This document shows, one piece after another, positions 24,958-37,660 of a DNA stretch of 64,000 nucleotides. Each line of letters begins with the position of its first letter. Positions within the stretch are counted from its first letter, which is position 1. The translations under genes were made by a program, and so were the position numbers. This DNA comes from Fistulifera solaris (taxonomy: Eukaryota): NCBI GenBank assembly GCA_030295235.1, contig AP026140.1, forward strand, positions 682,001 through 746,000, in the 5' to 3' direction. Below the pieces are notes generated by a model. That model worked only from the letters and a program-made list of their open reading frames with translations. It did no database searches and was not told the origin of the DNA.

Positions 24958-27867
24958 ATGGATACAGATGAGGCATTAAATGAGAAAATCAGGACGTTGT
25001 TTATCAAGTACGAACAGTATGTCCGCTCAATTCCGGCCAGCGAGCCACCTTCATTTTCTGCAAAGAAAGCTTCTTCGTCATCACGGAATGTGCAAAATGT
25101 CGAGGTACCTCACAGTCCCAAACAGTTTTTAAACGATTTTCGTTGTGGACTCAGAGAAGTTTACAAGCTATATGACCGCCAGGGCCGGCCGGTCAAGTTT
25201 CGTGATCTTGTGGGCTCCTTGGAACAAATTAGTGTCGATCTTTCGTCGGAATGTAGAGCGACTTCCGAAGTGTTTCGCACTGAAAGCGGAGAAGACCCCG
25301 GGTCAACAGTTCGGAGTCGAGTTGCAGGTGCGAAAAATGTTGATAGAAGCCCTACAGCTGCAAGTCGACAAGAGGACTCGGACTCCGATGAGGAAGAGAT
25401 TGTGCGATACTACAAATCCCCACAGCTCCTTCGAACGCCGCAATCGAATCGAACAGCTGCTTCTGCGACTCGCAATTTCGTTGACCTCACAGCGGCAAAG
25501 CAACGTATGCAAAACGGGCTTGAGATTATTTCACTCTTAGACTCTAGTGAAAGTGACGACAGCAGTCATTCTCCCAGACGGCGAAAGAAACTCAAAAGCC
25601 CAACGAGGTCAACTTTTAAAACCACACCACCGCTACGCAATTCCGCAATGAGTGCTAGCAAAGCACTAAGAGAGAGCATAAACATGTTATACGCGAGATG
25701 TCGTAAGTTTAGTCGAACACTTCCAGCGGGACATCCATTCCGGACAATTTATGATTCACTCGAGAAAACTGTGCCCGATTATGATTGTGCCAGTCTGGAG
25801 ATCCAGATTCCTGCTGACCCTACATATTTCTTGAATGATTTGCGCAGTCGCTTTGATGAAGTGTATGGATTATGTGAACGAATGGGGCGACCTGCTGATT
25901 TATCCGAGCGCTTGGACTCGTTAAAGCAACTCGTTTCGATGAATTCTGTCGATTCACGCCCTAGATCGAGTTTTGCAGCCAACAGAGATGAACCACCGTT
26001 GCTTTCAAAGAATAGAAGCTCGGATCCCGTTGCGCGTCTAAAAGACGATTCGAAATATGTTAATGACGAACTAAGTGACGAGAATATAACACTACAATCT
26101 ACGCGGCGATCAGTGCAAGAAAATTATCCGTGCATGAACAAAGCTGTAGTCCTCAAAGTGGACGGCCTCTACGAAAACATTGTGTATGCACGGTCTTCGG
26201 CCTTGGGTGTCGATGACGATGATAGTGTTTACAATAACAGCACAGAAACAGAAATTGAACAGAGAATTAATCGCGTCCACGATGCTAATCTAGCTTGCAC
26301 CATGAAAAGAGAGCCAAAACAGTCTTCTTGTCCAAGCACACCTAGTGCAATTGAAAAGCCAACAACATCTTCTCCGCTTGCAAGTATCTCAGTCAAAGAA
26401 CCCACGACATCGCCTTACAATGCTAAACAAACTTGCACCATGAAGCGACCGCCGGAACAGGCATCTCATCCAAGCACACTCACTGCAATTAAAGAGCCAA
26501 CAACCTTTCCTCCATGTTTACGTATCTCAGCCAATGAGCCCACATCGCGCGAAAAGGCAATATTATTACCCGAGCCTGGTGACGAGGAAGACAACCTATC
26601 TGGTTTTGACGTCCCTAAGGTTTTGTTGAATCTAGATCCATCACTTCCTCCTCATTCATTACCATCATCAATAAAACGGAAAATGAGCGGACATGCCAAA
26701 GAATCGCACGGAGAACCCGTCTACTGTGTCAGTTGGTCAAAGGATTTCAGTCAATCATGCGCTAAAGCAGAAACGCAATCAGTTTCTCGGTATCTGTCAA
26801 CATGTGGGTCGAACCTTGTCACTGTGTACAGGATAGTCTTCGACAGCTGCCACGGGCGCCGAGTCAAAAGCAAACACTTCGATATGACCCAGTCATATAT
26901 AGTTGACGATAAAACAGAATCCTTTTATGCCTGTACCTTCGCGGGGAGGTCAAGAGGAGAGGAGAGAGATCGTAGCATGTCCCATACTACAAATATGCCT
27001 GAATTGCTCTGCGTTGGCGGTGCGAAAAGAGTGATTTATGTGATCGATATTGTTACAAAGAAAAGAATTTTGACGTTACACGGACACGGAGAATCCGTTT
27101 TAAGCTTGAAACCATGCCCCACTGACGAGTGGATCTTGCTAAGCTCTTCGGAAGATGAAAGTATCCGATTATGGAACTTGCGCTCAGGAGCTCCTGTGGC
27201 GGTCCTGAAGGGCAGAGAAGGGCACATAGACTCCGTTATCAGCGCTGCTTGGAACCCAAGTGCGACGCTTATCATAAGTGGCGGAATGGACACTACAATC
27301 AAGATTTGGGATGCTCGAGAGGGTTCACAGCTTCGGCAAGCAATCGCTAGGAGTCACGAAGTTGTTGATTTATGGCAAAGTGAACGAGTTACAGTTGATG
27401 AAAATCCAATTTTGGTGAAGAGACCTATCTTTTCAACGCAAAAGGTCCATGTCCATTGCGTGGACTGCGTGCAATTCATTCAGAACGGATTGGTCCTTTC
27501 CAAGTCCGTAGATTCTCGTATCGAGCTGTGGGAGCCGATTCTTGAGGGATCGGACAGCGTGACTTTGAGGATGAAGAATCAAAGCTGTGTTGAGCATCTT
27601 CATACTTTTGAGTACAATAAGGGAGAAGTTTGGTACATGAACTTCGCCACCGACCCGCTGTTTAAACTGCTTGTCGTTGGAGATTGTGATGGGTCTTTGT
27701 ATGTTTGGAATATCGGCCAGAAGACATCAGCACCTGCTTACGTACTTCAAACACACGGTAACATCAGTGTGCCAGTTCGAGGAGTGGCGTTCTCTCCTTG
27801 TGGCAATACTCTGGTAGCTTACAGAGACGACGGAAGCTTTTACAAGTGGGATTTGAAGTTCAATTAA
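24958..27867 (+). CDS. EED: Polycomb EED/ESC/FIE-like WD40 protein with a ~570-aa N-terminal extension
   Basis: HGEPVY, ESFYAC, GHGESV..P...ILLSSSEDESIRLWN, GMDTTIKIW, PIFSTQKVH..VDCV, VLSKSVD and VWYMNF: characteristic EED motifs. Confidence 0.85.
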   Translation: MDTDEALNEKIRTLFIKYEQYVRSIPASEPPSFSAKKASSSSRNVQNVEVPHSPKQFLNDFRCGLREVYKLYDRQGRPVKFRDLVGSLEQISVDLSSECRATSEVFRTESGEDPGSTVRSRVAGAKNVDRSPTAASRQEDSDSDEEEIVRYYKSPQLLRTPQSNRTAASATRNFVDLTAAKQRMQNGLEIISLLDSSESDDSSHSPRRRKKLKSPTRSTFKTTPPLRNSAMSASKALRESINMLYARCRKFSRTLPAGHPFRTIYDSLEKTVPDYDCASLEIQIPADPTYFLNDLRSRFDEVYGLCERMGRPADLSERLDSLKQLVSMNSVDSRPRSSFAANRDEPPLLSKNRSSDPVARLKDDSKYVNDELSDENITLQSTRRSVQENYPCMNKAVVLKVDGLYENIVYARSSALGVDDDDSVYNNSTETEIEQRINRVHDANLACTMKREPKQSSCPSTPSAIEKPTTSSPLASISVKEPTTSPYNAKQTCTMKRPPEQASHPSTLTAIKEPTTFPPCLRISANEPTSREKAILLPEPGDEEDNLSGFDVPKVLLNLDPSLPPHSLPSSIKRKMSGHAKESHGEPVYCVSWSKDFSQSCAKAETQSVSRYLSTCGSNLVTVYRIVFDSCHGRRVKSKHFDMTQSYIVDDKTESFYACTFAGRSRGEERDRSMSHTTNMPELLCVGGAKRVIYVIDIVTKKRILTLHGHGESVLSLKPCPTDEWILLSSSEDESIRLWNLRSGAPVAVLKGREGHIDSVISAAWNPSATLIISGGMDTTIKIWDAREGSQLRQAIARSHEVVDLWQSERVTVDENPILVKRPIFSTQKVHVHCVDCVQFIQNGLVLSKSVDSRIELWEPILEGSDSVTLRMKNQSCVEHLHTFEYNKGEVWYMNFATDPLFKLLVVGDCDGSLYVWNIGQKTSAPAYVLQTHGNISVPVRGVAFSPCGNTLVAYRDDGSFYKWDLKFN

Positions 27868-28026
27868 ATTTGTTGATCGTAGTGCACGCTTTTTGAGATT
27901 GCTGAGCCTGTAATAGACTACTGTATAAAAGCTAGAGGATGGCGCTATTAATTTTGTTGATCGTATGGCACGCTTTTTGAGATTGCTGAGCCTGTAATAG
28001 ACTATCAAAGCTAGAGGATGGCGCTT
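27864..28026. repeat. Two imperfect ~83-bp tandem copies between the convergent EED and NECAP 3' ends
   Basis: TTGTTGATCGTA..GCACGCTTTTTGAGATTGCTGAGCCTGTAATAGACTA..AAAGCTAGAGGATGGCGC occurs twice. Confidence 0.9.
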
Positions 28027-28066
28027 ATAAAAATTTATAAAGAAGGCACAGTGCTTCATGATTCAG

Positions 28067-28705
28067 TCAAATTATCCTGTTGTCCTCCGTGGAGTGTCTT
28101 TCGAGGAAGGCTTCAAAAACCCGCCGCTTTTCGTTCCAGTCTCCGCTTTTTTTCTTCGTAAGTCGAGTAACAGACGTTTTCCCCACAGAAATGTGAATTT
28201 TCTCTCCCTCTTTTATGCTGTAGTCTTTCGGTTCACCAATATCTAGCTTCGCCATATTCTGCTCTACTTCCTTCTCCCGGCGGGCGTCTTCCAAAGCCGT
28301 ATTAAAATCAAAAGCATCATTCCTCTCATTAAATGCCATACCCACAAACAGATGCTTTCCATCCGCATTTTCAACTTTTAGCACGAAATATCGACTGCTA
28401 TCCACACAACGATCCACGGCTCCATCGCTCACCGGGCACACGGCAAATATGGAATTCTTCTTTGGATCGACGAGTAATATTACAGTCAGATCACCGCGTT
28501 CTACGACTTTTAGAGTTCCCTGCCAGACCTCTTTATCCCAGTCGGCACCACGCCAGCCTCCCGCGGTCGGTCGAGGCGGAAGCTTGAAAATATGAGCATC
28601 TGGAATGGTGCAGCGAACGCGTTCGATGACTTCCAGATCTTTCAGCGACTCGAGATACGCCGCAGCAACATTCGGGACTCCAATTTGCTCTGCTGTCTTC
28701 GGCAT
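28067..28705 (-). CDS. NECAP: NECAP / adaptin ear-binding coat-associated protein (DUF1681)
   Basis: FKLPPR...GWRGADW, DSSRYFVL, GMAFNERNDAFDFN and DYSIKEGEKI motifs. Confidence 0.9.
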   Translation of the reverse strand: MPKTAEQIGVPNVAAAYLESLKDLEVIERVRCTIPDAHIFKLPPRPTAGGWRGADWDKEVWQGTLKVVERGDLTVILLVDPKKNSIFAVCPVSDGAVDRCVDSSRYFVLKVENADGKHLFVGMAFNERNDAFDFNTALEDARREKEVEQNMAKLDIGEPKDYSIKEGEKIHISVGKTSVTRLTKKKSGDWNEKRRVFEAFLERHSTEDNRII

Positions 28706-29003
28706 TGTTGCTGAAGTTACAGGACTATAGTTGTTTTGTTTGCAAAAACAAGAAAACGATATTACAAGAAAGTTATTATTACTCGCACTGTTGTCATTTT
28801 CATGCAAAAAAAACGCAGTGCGCGCGGCGTTATTTTTTTTGCGGCGATCGAAATCTACCAGTACCGTTGCGTCAATCGACCAGCATATCAGAAAACGAAA
28901 TACGTAGTAAGAACTAAGGTACGGTACTCTCGCATCATGATTATTTCTCGCCACTCCAAACTACTCCGAAACAACATTGCAAGCCACTGCTTGGAACAAA
29001 AGC

Positions 29004-30018
29004 TTAAAGTCTAGATTTCTGATGGATTTGGCGTATATGTTTCTCACAAAAGTCTAACGCAGCCTCTATTTGCTTGTCATCAACGACAAAATCGTGCCGT
29101 AATCGCGGATCGTACTCCCACTCGACAGTTTCTGGGATCAACTTGCCTTCTTTCAAACGTTGCAAATCATCCAGGTGATGTTCCGGTGCCCATTGATCGT
29201 TCCCTGCGAACAACAAGGCCGTCGGACATTGTCGTAGCGGTGCCGCATTTACCGTTTCCGGCAAATCTCGTATTTCTTCCAACCCCAACGAAAAGAAGCT
29301 TTTCACAAAATGATACTGACAAGCCAAGTCAATCGCAACGGATCTAGCAGTCAAATCGGGTATAGAAGAACTCATGATACGATCCACCCACGATCGGGGC
29401 AGTTTCGATAACGCTAAGGACAGTAATTCATGAATTCGTATGGTAGCAGCCTGGTATGCCGCCAATGTATCCATCAAGATTTGTTGCTTCCATGGAGCAT
29501 TCATGCGAATAAATGGCATTAACCCAATCAACAATTCCGTCCGCGCCAGGATATCCGCACGTCGCATGAGAAGTTGTTGCGTGAAAAAGGTCCCCACGGA
29601 ATGACACACAAAAATGAGTTTGGGTTGCCGTGCAAGCCTCCGTTTTGCGCCACCTCGCGAAATTCTTTCAGGACGTGATCTACGTACGCCGCCTTGTGCA
29701 TCGATTGGCCTTCTACCGTCCACGCTACTGTGGTCGAGCGAGATCCGGGCGCTATGCGTTCCGGATGCAACGAATGTCCCGCATGAGCGATTCCGCGGGC
29801 CGCAAAACCCGGTCCTAATCTTTGAAGTAATTGTTGAAAGAACGAAAGGTACCATTCAATGAGGCCTGGATTTCCCGGAACAAACACGAGTACAGTATGG
29901 GGAACGTCGATCCTAACGTCGTCGTGAAAGGGAACGTAATAATCGATAGAAAAGGTATCCGAGGGCCATCCGCAGCGAGGAGTAGTCCCTCTTGCAATCG
30001 AGGCAAGGAGGCTGTCAT
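29004..30018 (-). CDS. LDAH: Lipid droplet-associated hydrolase-like alpha/beta hydrolase; frameshifted
   Basis: FVPGNPGLIEWY, HAGH, CHSVG nucleophile elbow, DQWAP and HDFVV. Confidence 0.8.
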
Positions 30019-30290
30019 TTTGTAGTAAGTTAGTTGCAATAGGATGATTATGAGTGAAGTAGAAAGCCTGCTGCTTTTCACGCGATCTTTTTCGTCAAAA
30101 TGCAAATAATAACCGGACGATGTGAGCACGTTCTGCAATTAATAAAACTTTGGGAGAACAAAAAATGATGGGAACGCAGCAATAATTCATCACAATCACA
30201 GTACCTGGTAACAAAAATCATCAGCAATTACAGCCGCGAAAACAGAACTAAACTTTGAGACGAACATATCCCTTGGCGCTTTTTTCTTGA

Positions 30291-31444
30291 ATGAATCGCC
30301 ACAACCTCTCCAAAGATGAGCCCATTCCGTTTCGATGGTTTGCTCTCACTGTGCTATGGCTTCTCTGTCACACTGACGTGTCGACCTGTTTTCAGCCGCC
30401 AACAAGAATGATTCGGCATCGTGCCTCCTCCACACTATATTACGCGTTTTCTTTGACTTCTGCTTTGGAGTCATGTATCGGCGATAAGGATATTCTACCA
30501 TGGATCAACACGACCGACAACACCGATGTGGACGACGATATCGACTCCTCTCATTGTCGTACGGTTCCACTGTATCCACTGGCTGCTTGCTATCTTCCCA
30601 CGGGTCAACATCAATTACGCAATATCGAGCCTCGGAATCTAAAAATGGCGAATGACCTTGGTATCAATGGACGTTTCTGCGTCGTATGCTCCGCTGTCGA
30701 TACGGGACGAATCGCTGCGGTCGGTACCATGTTTCGCATTCTGCACATGGATCCCCAAACCGATCCCGTCTCGGGACAGTTACTTCGAATCTTGCTGACG
30801 TGTGAAGCGGAAGATCTGGTGAATATACGAGCTATTCAGAATCCGAAAGCAGCCAAGTGGGAAAATCGTCTACAGCATTCGGAAGAATATCTCATGGCCA
30901 CTGTTTGTTCTCGACCCAATACGACCAGCAACCCGCAGAATAATATCCAACAACTCAATCAAGCCATACTGGAAGATTATAATCGAGTCTCTCATATGTA
31001 CAGAGATGGTACGGGCGCCGAAACTTTGCCGCCCTTTACCAGAGAACGCTTGAGTTTGTCCTGCCGACACGGTCTGCAATGGACGATAATGAAGCATCCT
31101 TCTGGCAAATGGCACAAGATTGGCAAACCCTTTGTTACACCGTCCGTGAAGGACACCAAATCAGGTTGATGAGTGATCGAAATGAATTGTTAATTGACGC
31201 GGCGATTGCGAAAGGTGGACCTTTGAATCTGCCGGTCCATGTAGAAGATTTGTTGTTGGAGGATCGACAAAAAGTACAAGAGTTGGAAGTCGTGGCACAA
31301 CAGCAGTGGTTGTCGTTGCAATTGGATCCGACGATGGACTTTCAAGTACTGTTGTCCCTCGAAACGTACGAAGAGCGATTGCAGTACTTTGCGAATATGG
31401 TTCATCGAGAACGAAACAGACCAAAACGGAAAGAAAGATGTTGA
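30291..31444 (+). CDS. LON substrate-binding (N-terminal) domain-like protein, probably plastid-targeted; frameshift ~31060
   Basis: VPLYPL..YLP...LRNIEPRNLKM and GRIAAVGT; C-terminal ERLQY; signal peptide ending TCFQP. Confidence 0.65.
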
Positions 31445-31533
31445 CAAGAAAACGGAGAAGGTCCCAAACAAGGGAGCGTGGTTTGATGATAGCGCATGGT
31501 CCTAAAATTCAATTCGTGCGTTAATTGAAGTGG

Positions 31534-32688
31534 CTATTCTCGATCCTGCATTCGCGAGCTGGTGGGAGGAGCCGTGGACGGTGGCACAGCAGAATTCTCA
31601 ATGATATCTAGCAAAAATTCGGCCATCTTCGTTCCGCCCTTGGCGGATGGTTCCACACGAGCTACATAGTCCGTTGTATCTTTTCCATTCAAAGCATTGT
31701 ACAAGGGGACCGGTATCACTTCCACACCTGGTATTCGAGTCATGGATGTCGCTTCATGAAATGCTTTTCGTATCAACAGTTGTATTTTTCCGGATCCTTG
31801 TCATAACCCAAAAGATTCAAAGCCCGACTCGCCCAGCCACCCGTATTCGTCTCGTCGGGGTAATAAATCATACAAATCAGAATTTTAGCCGGTTTGGTTT
31901 TGGATGTCAAAGCTGTGAATGCAGAATGTTTTGGTTAAGGAATGTTTGTGTTTGTCGAAATAACACAACCAGCCGAAGACGCACCTTCCAAATAGTACTG
32001 AACACGAATCTGAAACAAGTGACGGAAATAACCCAAGCACGGCGGACACGAACACGCGCATGACCAGCACGATGGACCGCAACCACAACAATAATCCTGG
32101 ACTGCGGGGAAAAGTGAATGAGTGAGCTGTTTTCGCTCACTCATATCCATGGATAGAATTATAGCACTTACAGGGACAATAGCCAAAAGTAAATCCTTTT
32201 TCTAGAATCTGCTTGGGCATACAAACAATAGCTCCCATCGAGGCAATCGTACAAGGACATGGCTTCATGGCGATATCGTTGCCACCAATGGAAACGATGA
32301 GTATATCATTCGCCTGTAAATTGTCCCTTATAAAATAGTCTTGCGGTCGCAGTTGAAAGGTTCGTTCGTTCAAGGTTGTCGCTTCCACTGCCGCATTGAT
32401 GGCGGCGGTTGATTTCCGATTCTTACTTTGCTGACAATGATAATTCAACCAATAAGTGACATCCTGAATGGATCGAGGTGGTTGCAACACATCCTTGTAA
32501 GCTCCCACCGCCGTCGCTTCTTCTTCGACCCAGTATTTGTTATCGAGAGAACTGTCACCCGCCGTCCAAATCAAACGTGATGATTTTTCACGTAAGGCTA
32601 AAAGTACGGGTTCGAGATCTTTGACGCGGTGACCGTGATATTCGCCGTAATAGGCTCGGGCGGATACTTTTCCCGAGGCAGACGACAT
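31534..32688 (-). CDS. SGNH/GDSL-like hydrolase-fold hypothetical protein; intron ~32100-32170 and frameshifts
   Basis: AGDSSLDNKYW, SIGGND and DYVARVEPSAKGG motifs. Confidence 0.65.
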
Positions 32689-33427
32689 GATAGGATGCAA
32701 CGAATTGCGCCAAAACAATTCGGAATGATAGAACTGAGCGGCCGGGCCTGTGACGTAGTGATTGTTGACAACTACTTGGTATTGCTGTTGCACTAAGAAG
32801 TGGTTTAAATGGTTCATATCATCCAACACAGCCAAACCGGCGCATCCAACACAGCCAAAGCGGCGCATCTTTCTGTGAAATACCGTGTTGCCTCGCGGCG
32901 ACGAGAAAAACCCAGATAATGGACACCCCCAACTTCTTGACCACGAAATTCAAACATTTTCATCTTATACTGCGAAAAACACGACACTAAAAGAGTAAAA
33001 GTCTGCCTACTTGCTAATGCTATAGATGGCGGGAAAAACGAGGAAAAATCTGGGTTTTTCTATACACCCTCAACTTATTGACCACACAAAAATGAACCTC
33101 ATCTAAGCGTCACGATATTTCGGAGCATTGATAGTCTCTATTTCCTGACCTATTTTCATTTTCCCTTGTAATTCATCTCAATTACTTGCTTGAATCTATG
33201 GGAAGTTTAATCGAGAAAAGAAACACGTCGCGATTAAGCAATCTTTTTGAAAAAATTATAGGTCCGTCTAGTCGTTCCAAGGTCTTGGCTAAGGGTGCGA
33301 TACGCGCGATCCATTTCAAATTGAATAAATCATTTCAATGATCTTGACCTAGTAACTATTAACAAATGTCAGATACCAGGTATGATGAACAAAACCTGAT
33401 GACTGATATATTTAGGATTCTCCTCCC

Positions 33428-34886
33428 TTAATTGCGTTCGTCATTACCAATAACATCCGATAACTCTAGTTTTGTCTGGACTGTTACCACCTGCTCTTCC
33501 GAATCGCTGGTAACTCCCGTCGCTTTTTGGTCAACGGACTCACGAGTAACTTCTTCCAAGACTTTTTTCCATTCATCTGTAGAAATGTCCCCTACATGTT
33601 CCCCCGAACTGTTCGTTGGACTAAATTTACGAGCCAACAAACATCCCCCCTGCCGGGCTACTTTTACAATTCGACGCAAATCATTCGCTGAAAAAGTCGC
33701 AGGATTGCGCATTCCTTCACTCCAGTCGGTATAGGTCACTGGTTGTAAGCAGACTTGTTCGCGTGAAGACTCGCTTTCGGCTAAAATTTGCAGTACAGCC
33801 AGGGCCGTTGGGAAATACATTTCGTCACTGGCATTGACATGCTTGAACAAATTCCACATTTGCTCATGGGGACGCATATGTTGGTCGAGATCAAGGACTG
33901 CCGCCGCGTGGGGTCGTGACAACACTATCCATTGATCGGCTTTCCAACGCATTGACTGAGGTATCATGCGATGAATATCACAGAACTGGTCACGTTCGTA
34001 CTTGTTCCGAGGCGTTCCCGGGGTATTCCGATTCCGTGCGTTGACCCAACTGACCTCCCAAGGATTAGCTCTTGTGACAGTTGCATTCGAATCATCGTTG
34101 CGAGTTTGACCTACTAATCGGCGTTCTGTAGCCGTCGCCGCAAATAAACTTTGAATGCACTCATCCAATGTTGTTACGGGTAGACACGTTTCACTGATGA
34201 AAATAAACTTGTCTACCATGGGAACTTCGGCCGGAAGACTTTCCTCAATCATATACCGGCGTCTCGTAAACCGCTCGTCCTTTTCCCGATCCGAGTTACT
34301 ATTCCGACCAATTTCCATCGCCGCTGCTAATAAATCCACCATGGCCCGCGTAATTTGTATGGATCCCCATTCGGGGCAGTGTGAATGAAAGATGGGGTCG
34401 GAAAACGAATTTCCTCGACCCATTTTGGGAGGTTCGGTAAGTAGACGTTGCCGCAGCCAGGAACTTTTTGACTTGCAGGGGAAATTTCGCGTGGCATAGC
34501 AAGCTAACTTTGTGCTGGCTCTTCGATGACGCCGCCCATTCTTTCCAAATATGTTCGTAGGGTAAGTCATCGATAGATATGGCAAGAAGGGCAATGTGTT
34601 TTGGTTTTGTGTCGCTACTGCTCGAGTGCAGTGGCAACGGTCGATACGGCGGCAAACAACGATATCCGTAATCCGCCAAAGCATCCAGTGGATTGCGGGA
34701 AGGGTAACCTCGCCCAGCATATCCTCCACGCCCTCTATTATGATTGTCGTATCGAGGTCTCTGATTCCGCCGGGGATGGCTCTCACGATGTTCCGGAGGG
34801 CGAACGCGAGGACGGTCATCATCAGTATTACGAGCAGCCCGCTGTGCTGACTTTTCAAGATTGGCTAGTGCCGCAGCAAAATCCAT
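33428..34886 (-). CDS. Core-2/I-branching GT14-like (DUF266) glycosyltransferase; frameshift ~34470
   Basis: LPYEHIW, PEWGSIQITRAM, FISETCLP, KADQWIVLSRPHA, DEMYFPT, TYTDW and LARKF. Confidence 0.82.
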
Positions 34887-35560
34887 TTTTAACAAAGCAA
34901 AGGACAACAGCTTGAATGAATAAGACAGTTAATAAGACAATGCTTTGCTTAGGGAATGAATAAAGAAAGAGATCGCAGGATAGGTCGACATCTTGTTGTT
35001 GCAATAATCCAGAGGGACGTACCGGTATCTACTGGTTAAGCGATTAGTACCGCTAAGGCAACCAATATGGATTCGTCCGTCTGACCACCGCTCGTTTCTT
35101 CGTTGTCCGCTCGTACGTGAACCGATACCAATTACCCGTTTACTAAAAAAAACTGGTGCCATTTTCCCCTCGCGCCTCCGTCGGAAGTGATCAACAGTCG
35201 ATGCCAAGCATACAAACAGTTGTTGATAACAAATAGGTGTGTATACGATGTACGGTTGATTTCATCTTTGTAGATGCTGTTATGACTTATGTCGAGAAGG
35301 GTGAATGGGTTCAATGCAACCATGAATGCGCCCGCGACAGTCTCTGGACGATGAGCCTTGCCCCGAATGCGAATGTTGAAATTCTACCTCCCCATACCCA
35401 ACAAGACAATTTCATTATTTAAAGAGCTTTCTATCCGAATATATCTTGATGCTGACTCCTATTTGATGATTCTTTGCAGAAAAGACTTCAACTCACGCAC
35501 TTCATTTCTATTTTCCTTCTTCCCAACCCTTCACAGTGTGTCTAGTATATATAATTCAAT

Positions 35561-35992
35561 ATGGGTAAGCCGAGTGGTATCCGCACGGGTCGCAAATTGC
35601 GTACCCACCGCAAAAACCAACGCTGGAGAGATTTGAAGTACAGCAAAGCCAACTCCGTCACCGCCATGAAGGCCAACCCCATGGGTGGATCCACCATGGC
35701 CAAGGGAATTGTCTTGGAGAAAATTGGTATTGAGGCCAAACAGCCCAACTCCGCTATCCGAAAATGTGTGCGTGTGCAATTGATCAAGAACGGCAAGAAA
35801 ATCGCTGCCTTCGTACCCCGTGACGGTTGCTTGAACTACGTAGATGAGAACGATGAAGTGTTGATTGCCGGTTTCGGTCGATCCGGTCACGCCGTGGGTG
35901 ATATTCCCGGTGTCCGATTTAAGGTTGTCAAGGTAGCCGGTGTGTCGCTTTGGGCCTTGTACAAGCAAAAGAAGGAAAAGCCGCGTTCTTAA
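35561..35992 (+). CDS. RPS23: 40S ribosomal protein S23 (uS12)
   Basis: [27 protein letters not shown] and GDIPGVRFK; 143 aa. Confidence 0.99.
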   Translation: MGKPSGIRTGRKLRTHRKNQRWRDLKYSKANSVTAMKANPMGGSTMAKGIVLEKIGIEAKQPNSAIRKCVRVQLIKNGKKIAAFVPRDGCLNYVDENDEVLIAGFGRSGHAVGDIPGVRFKVVKVAGVSLWALYKQKKEKPRS

Positions 35993-36109
35993 GTGTTTTT
36001 AAGAAATAATAAATACACCGCCTTTCTCTACCGTTTTACTTTTGTTTGGCTACAAGTATTCGTTTTCCGTTCAAAAGGTTCATTACAGCATAGTGTTACG
36101 CGATATTAA

Positions 36110-36808
36110 TTAAGGCAATAAAGCATCCGGGTCTTCGTGATATTCCAAAAAAAGTTGTTCTAGTGTCGGCATGACCAATTCGGATTCGTGGGGAGTCAAC
36201 ATTACACGGTTGTCGGGCGTATCTGGGCACTGCTTCCCCACCAACAAAACAGGATCGAGGATACGAACCAAATTGAACTCCTTACCCCGATGCTCAAACG
36301 ATAAGAGCACTTCCACTTCTTCTTCCTCTTCCTCTTCCTCTTCGTCCACAGAAAGCTCGTCGTCTTCTTCAAATTCTTCTTCGTCGTCATCGTCCTCCAA
36401 TTCTCCCACCAGCGTCAGTGTTTGAGGCGTGCGCTGCAATATGAGTTCCTCCCCAAACTCTTCTGCCACAATCGATTCCGCGAGCGGGAAGACATCATCC
36501 ATCAATTCGTCGTCCAGTTCGACCGGGATGAGCTGCGAATCTTCGTCCAAGTAACAGAGTGCGACCGCATAGTCGCAAGGAAAGCCGATGGTGTACTCGA
36601 CGCCATTAACTGTGGCGATCGAGTCGGCGTAGCATTCAATAAACGAATTCCCATCAATAAACGGAATTGGAACGCCTTCCAAATCGGACGGAACCGGCGA
36701 AAGGGCTGGATTGGTGTTGAAGCATCGTGTGTGGATGATGCGTGGGGAAGGAACGATCACAAAGGCGTTTGCGTACGCAAGAAGAAGGAAGAGGACAATT
36801 CGTATCAT
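36110..36808 (-). CDS. Plastid-targeted DUF3727/DUF1292-like acidic protein
   Basis: ANAFV presequence, LQRTPQTLTLVG, acidic tract and LDPVLLVG. Confidence 0.7.
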   Translation of the reverse strand: MIRIVLFLLLAYANAFVIVPSPRIIHTRCFNTNPALSPVPSDLEGVPIPFIDGNSFIECYADSIATVNGVEYTIGFPCDYAVALCYLDEDSQLIPVELDDELMDDVFPLAESIVAEEFGEELILQRTPQTLTLVGELEDDDDEEEFEEDDELSVDEEEEEEEEEVEVLLSFEHRGKEFNLVRILDPVLLVGKQCPDTPDNRVMLTPHESELVMPTLEQLFLEYHEDPDALLP

Positions 36809-37660
36809 TGTGTTTTGTTGAAAGGAAGAGAGTGCAAAGAAAGAATCGTTTTATCAACCTTGCTTTCAAGTTCTTTTGATTACGGTAGCCTTCCCACAGA
36901 ACGCCGCGTTTGTTGATGGTTTCGTCTTTTGTTATTGGCGGTTATTGGTTCCGGATCTTTATCGGTCCGCCGTCAGACGCAGTGCGAACCGATGCGACAC
37001 GAAGTACGAAAAAAATTGCTTGCTTTGCACGGGAATTAGGGAATAAAATAAAAGTATATCCTCGACCATTGCCTCTTCAACGCAAAAAGAAACAACAAAA
37101 GCGGAAGAGACAATTTAGACGGGTAATATGGCTGATTCAAGAGCCTGACAATCTTCGTTGCGCTGTTCAAAGTTCTGGTAGTCGATTGCTCGACTGGTAA
37201 AACTTTGTCTCAAGCCCAACCTGCAAAGTACAAGCTCATGCGCAACCGGAACTTTAGTCATCGCTTCATCTTTGAGTGTTTTGGCGTACATGATTGGAAA
37301 TATTTTGTTTTGAAACGGCGTGAACGAGCCGTTTCTTTCTTGCTAACTGACATGCTTCGTCGGTCGGAGTCGGAGTCGCGGTTGAGCCGGTTTTTAACGT
37401 TTCTCCATTGTAATATCTCTCGATGTGTAGCCGAACGATCCTACCGGTAATCACGGGGTTTCCATTGCAAACACGAAACGAAAACTGGTCTCGAAAACTG
37501 CTCGCGTTTTATTCGCTCGCACATCGCGACTTGCCACTTTTTCTTCTCACATTTTTCTCAACCAAAGCAATTTCACTATACTTGAGCAAGACCCTGCTAC
37601 AATCAGCAGGACAAAATAAACTAAACAAGTTCATCCTCAATCTCGCCTCCTCAAGACCAC

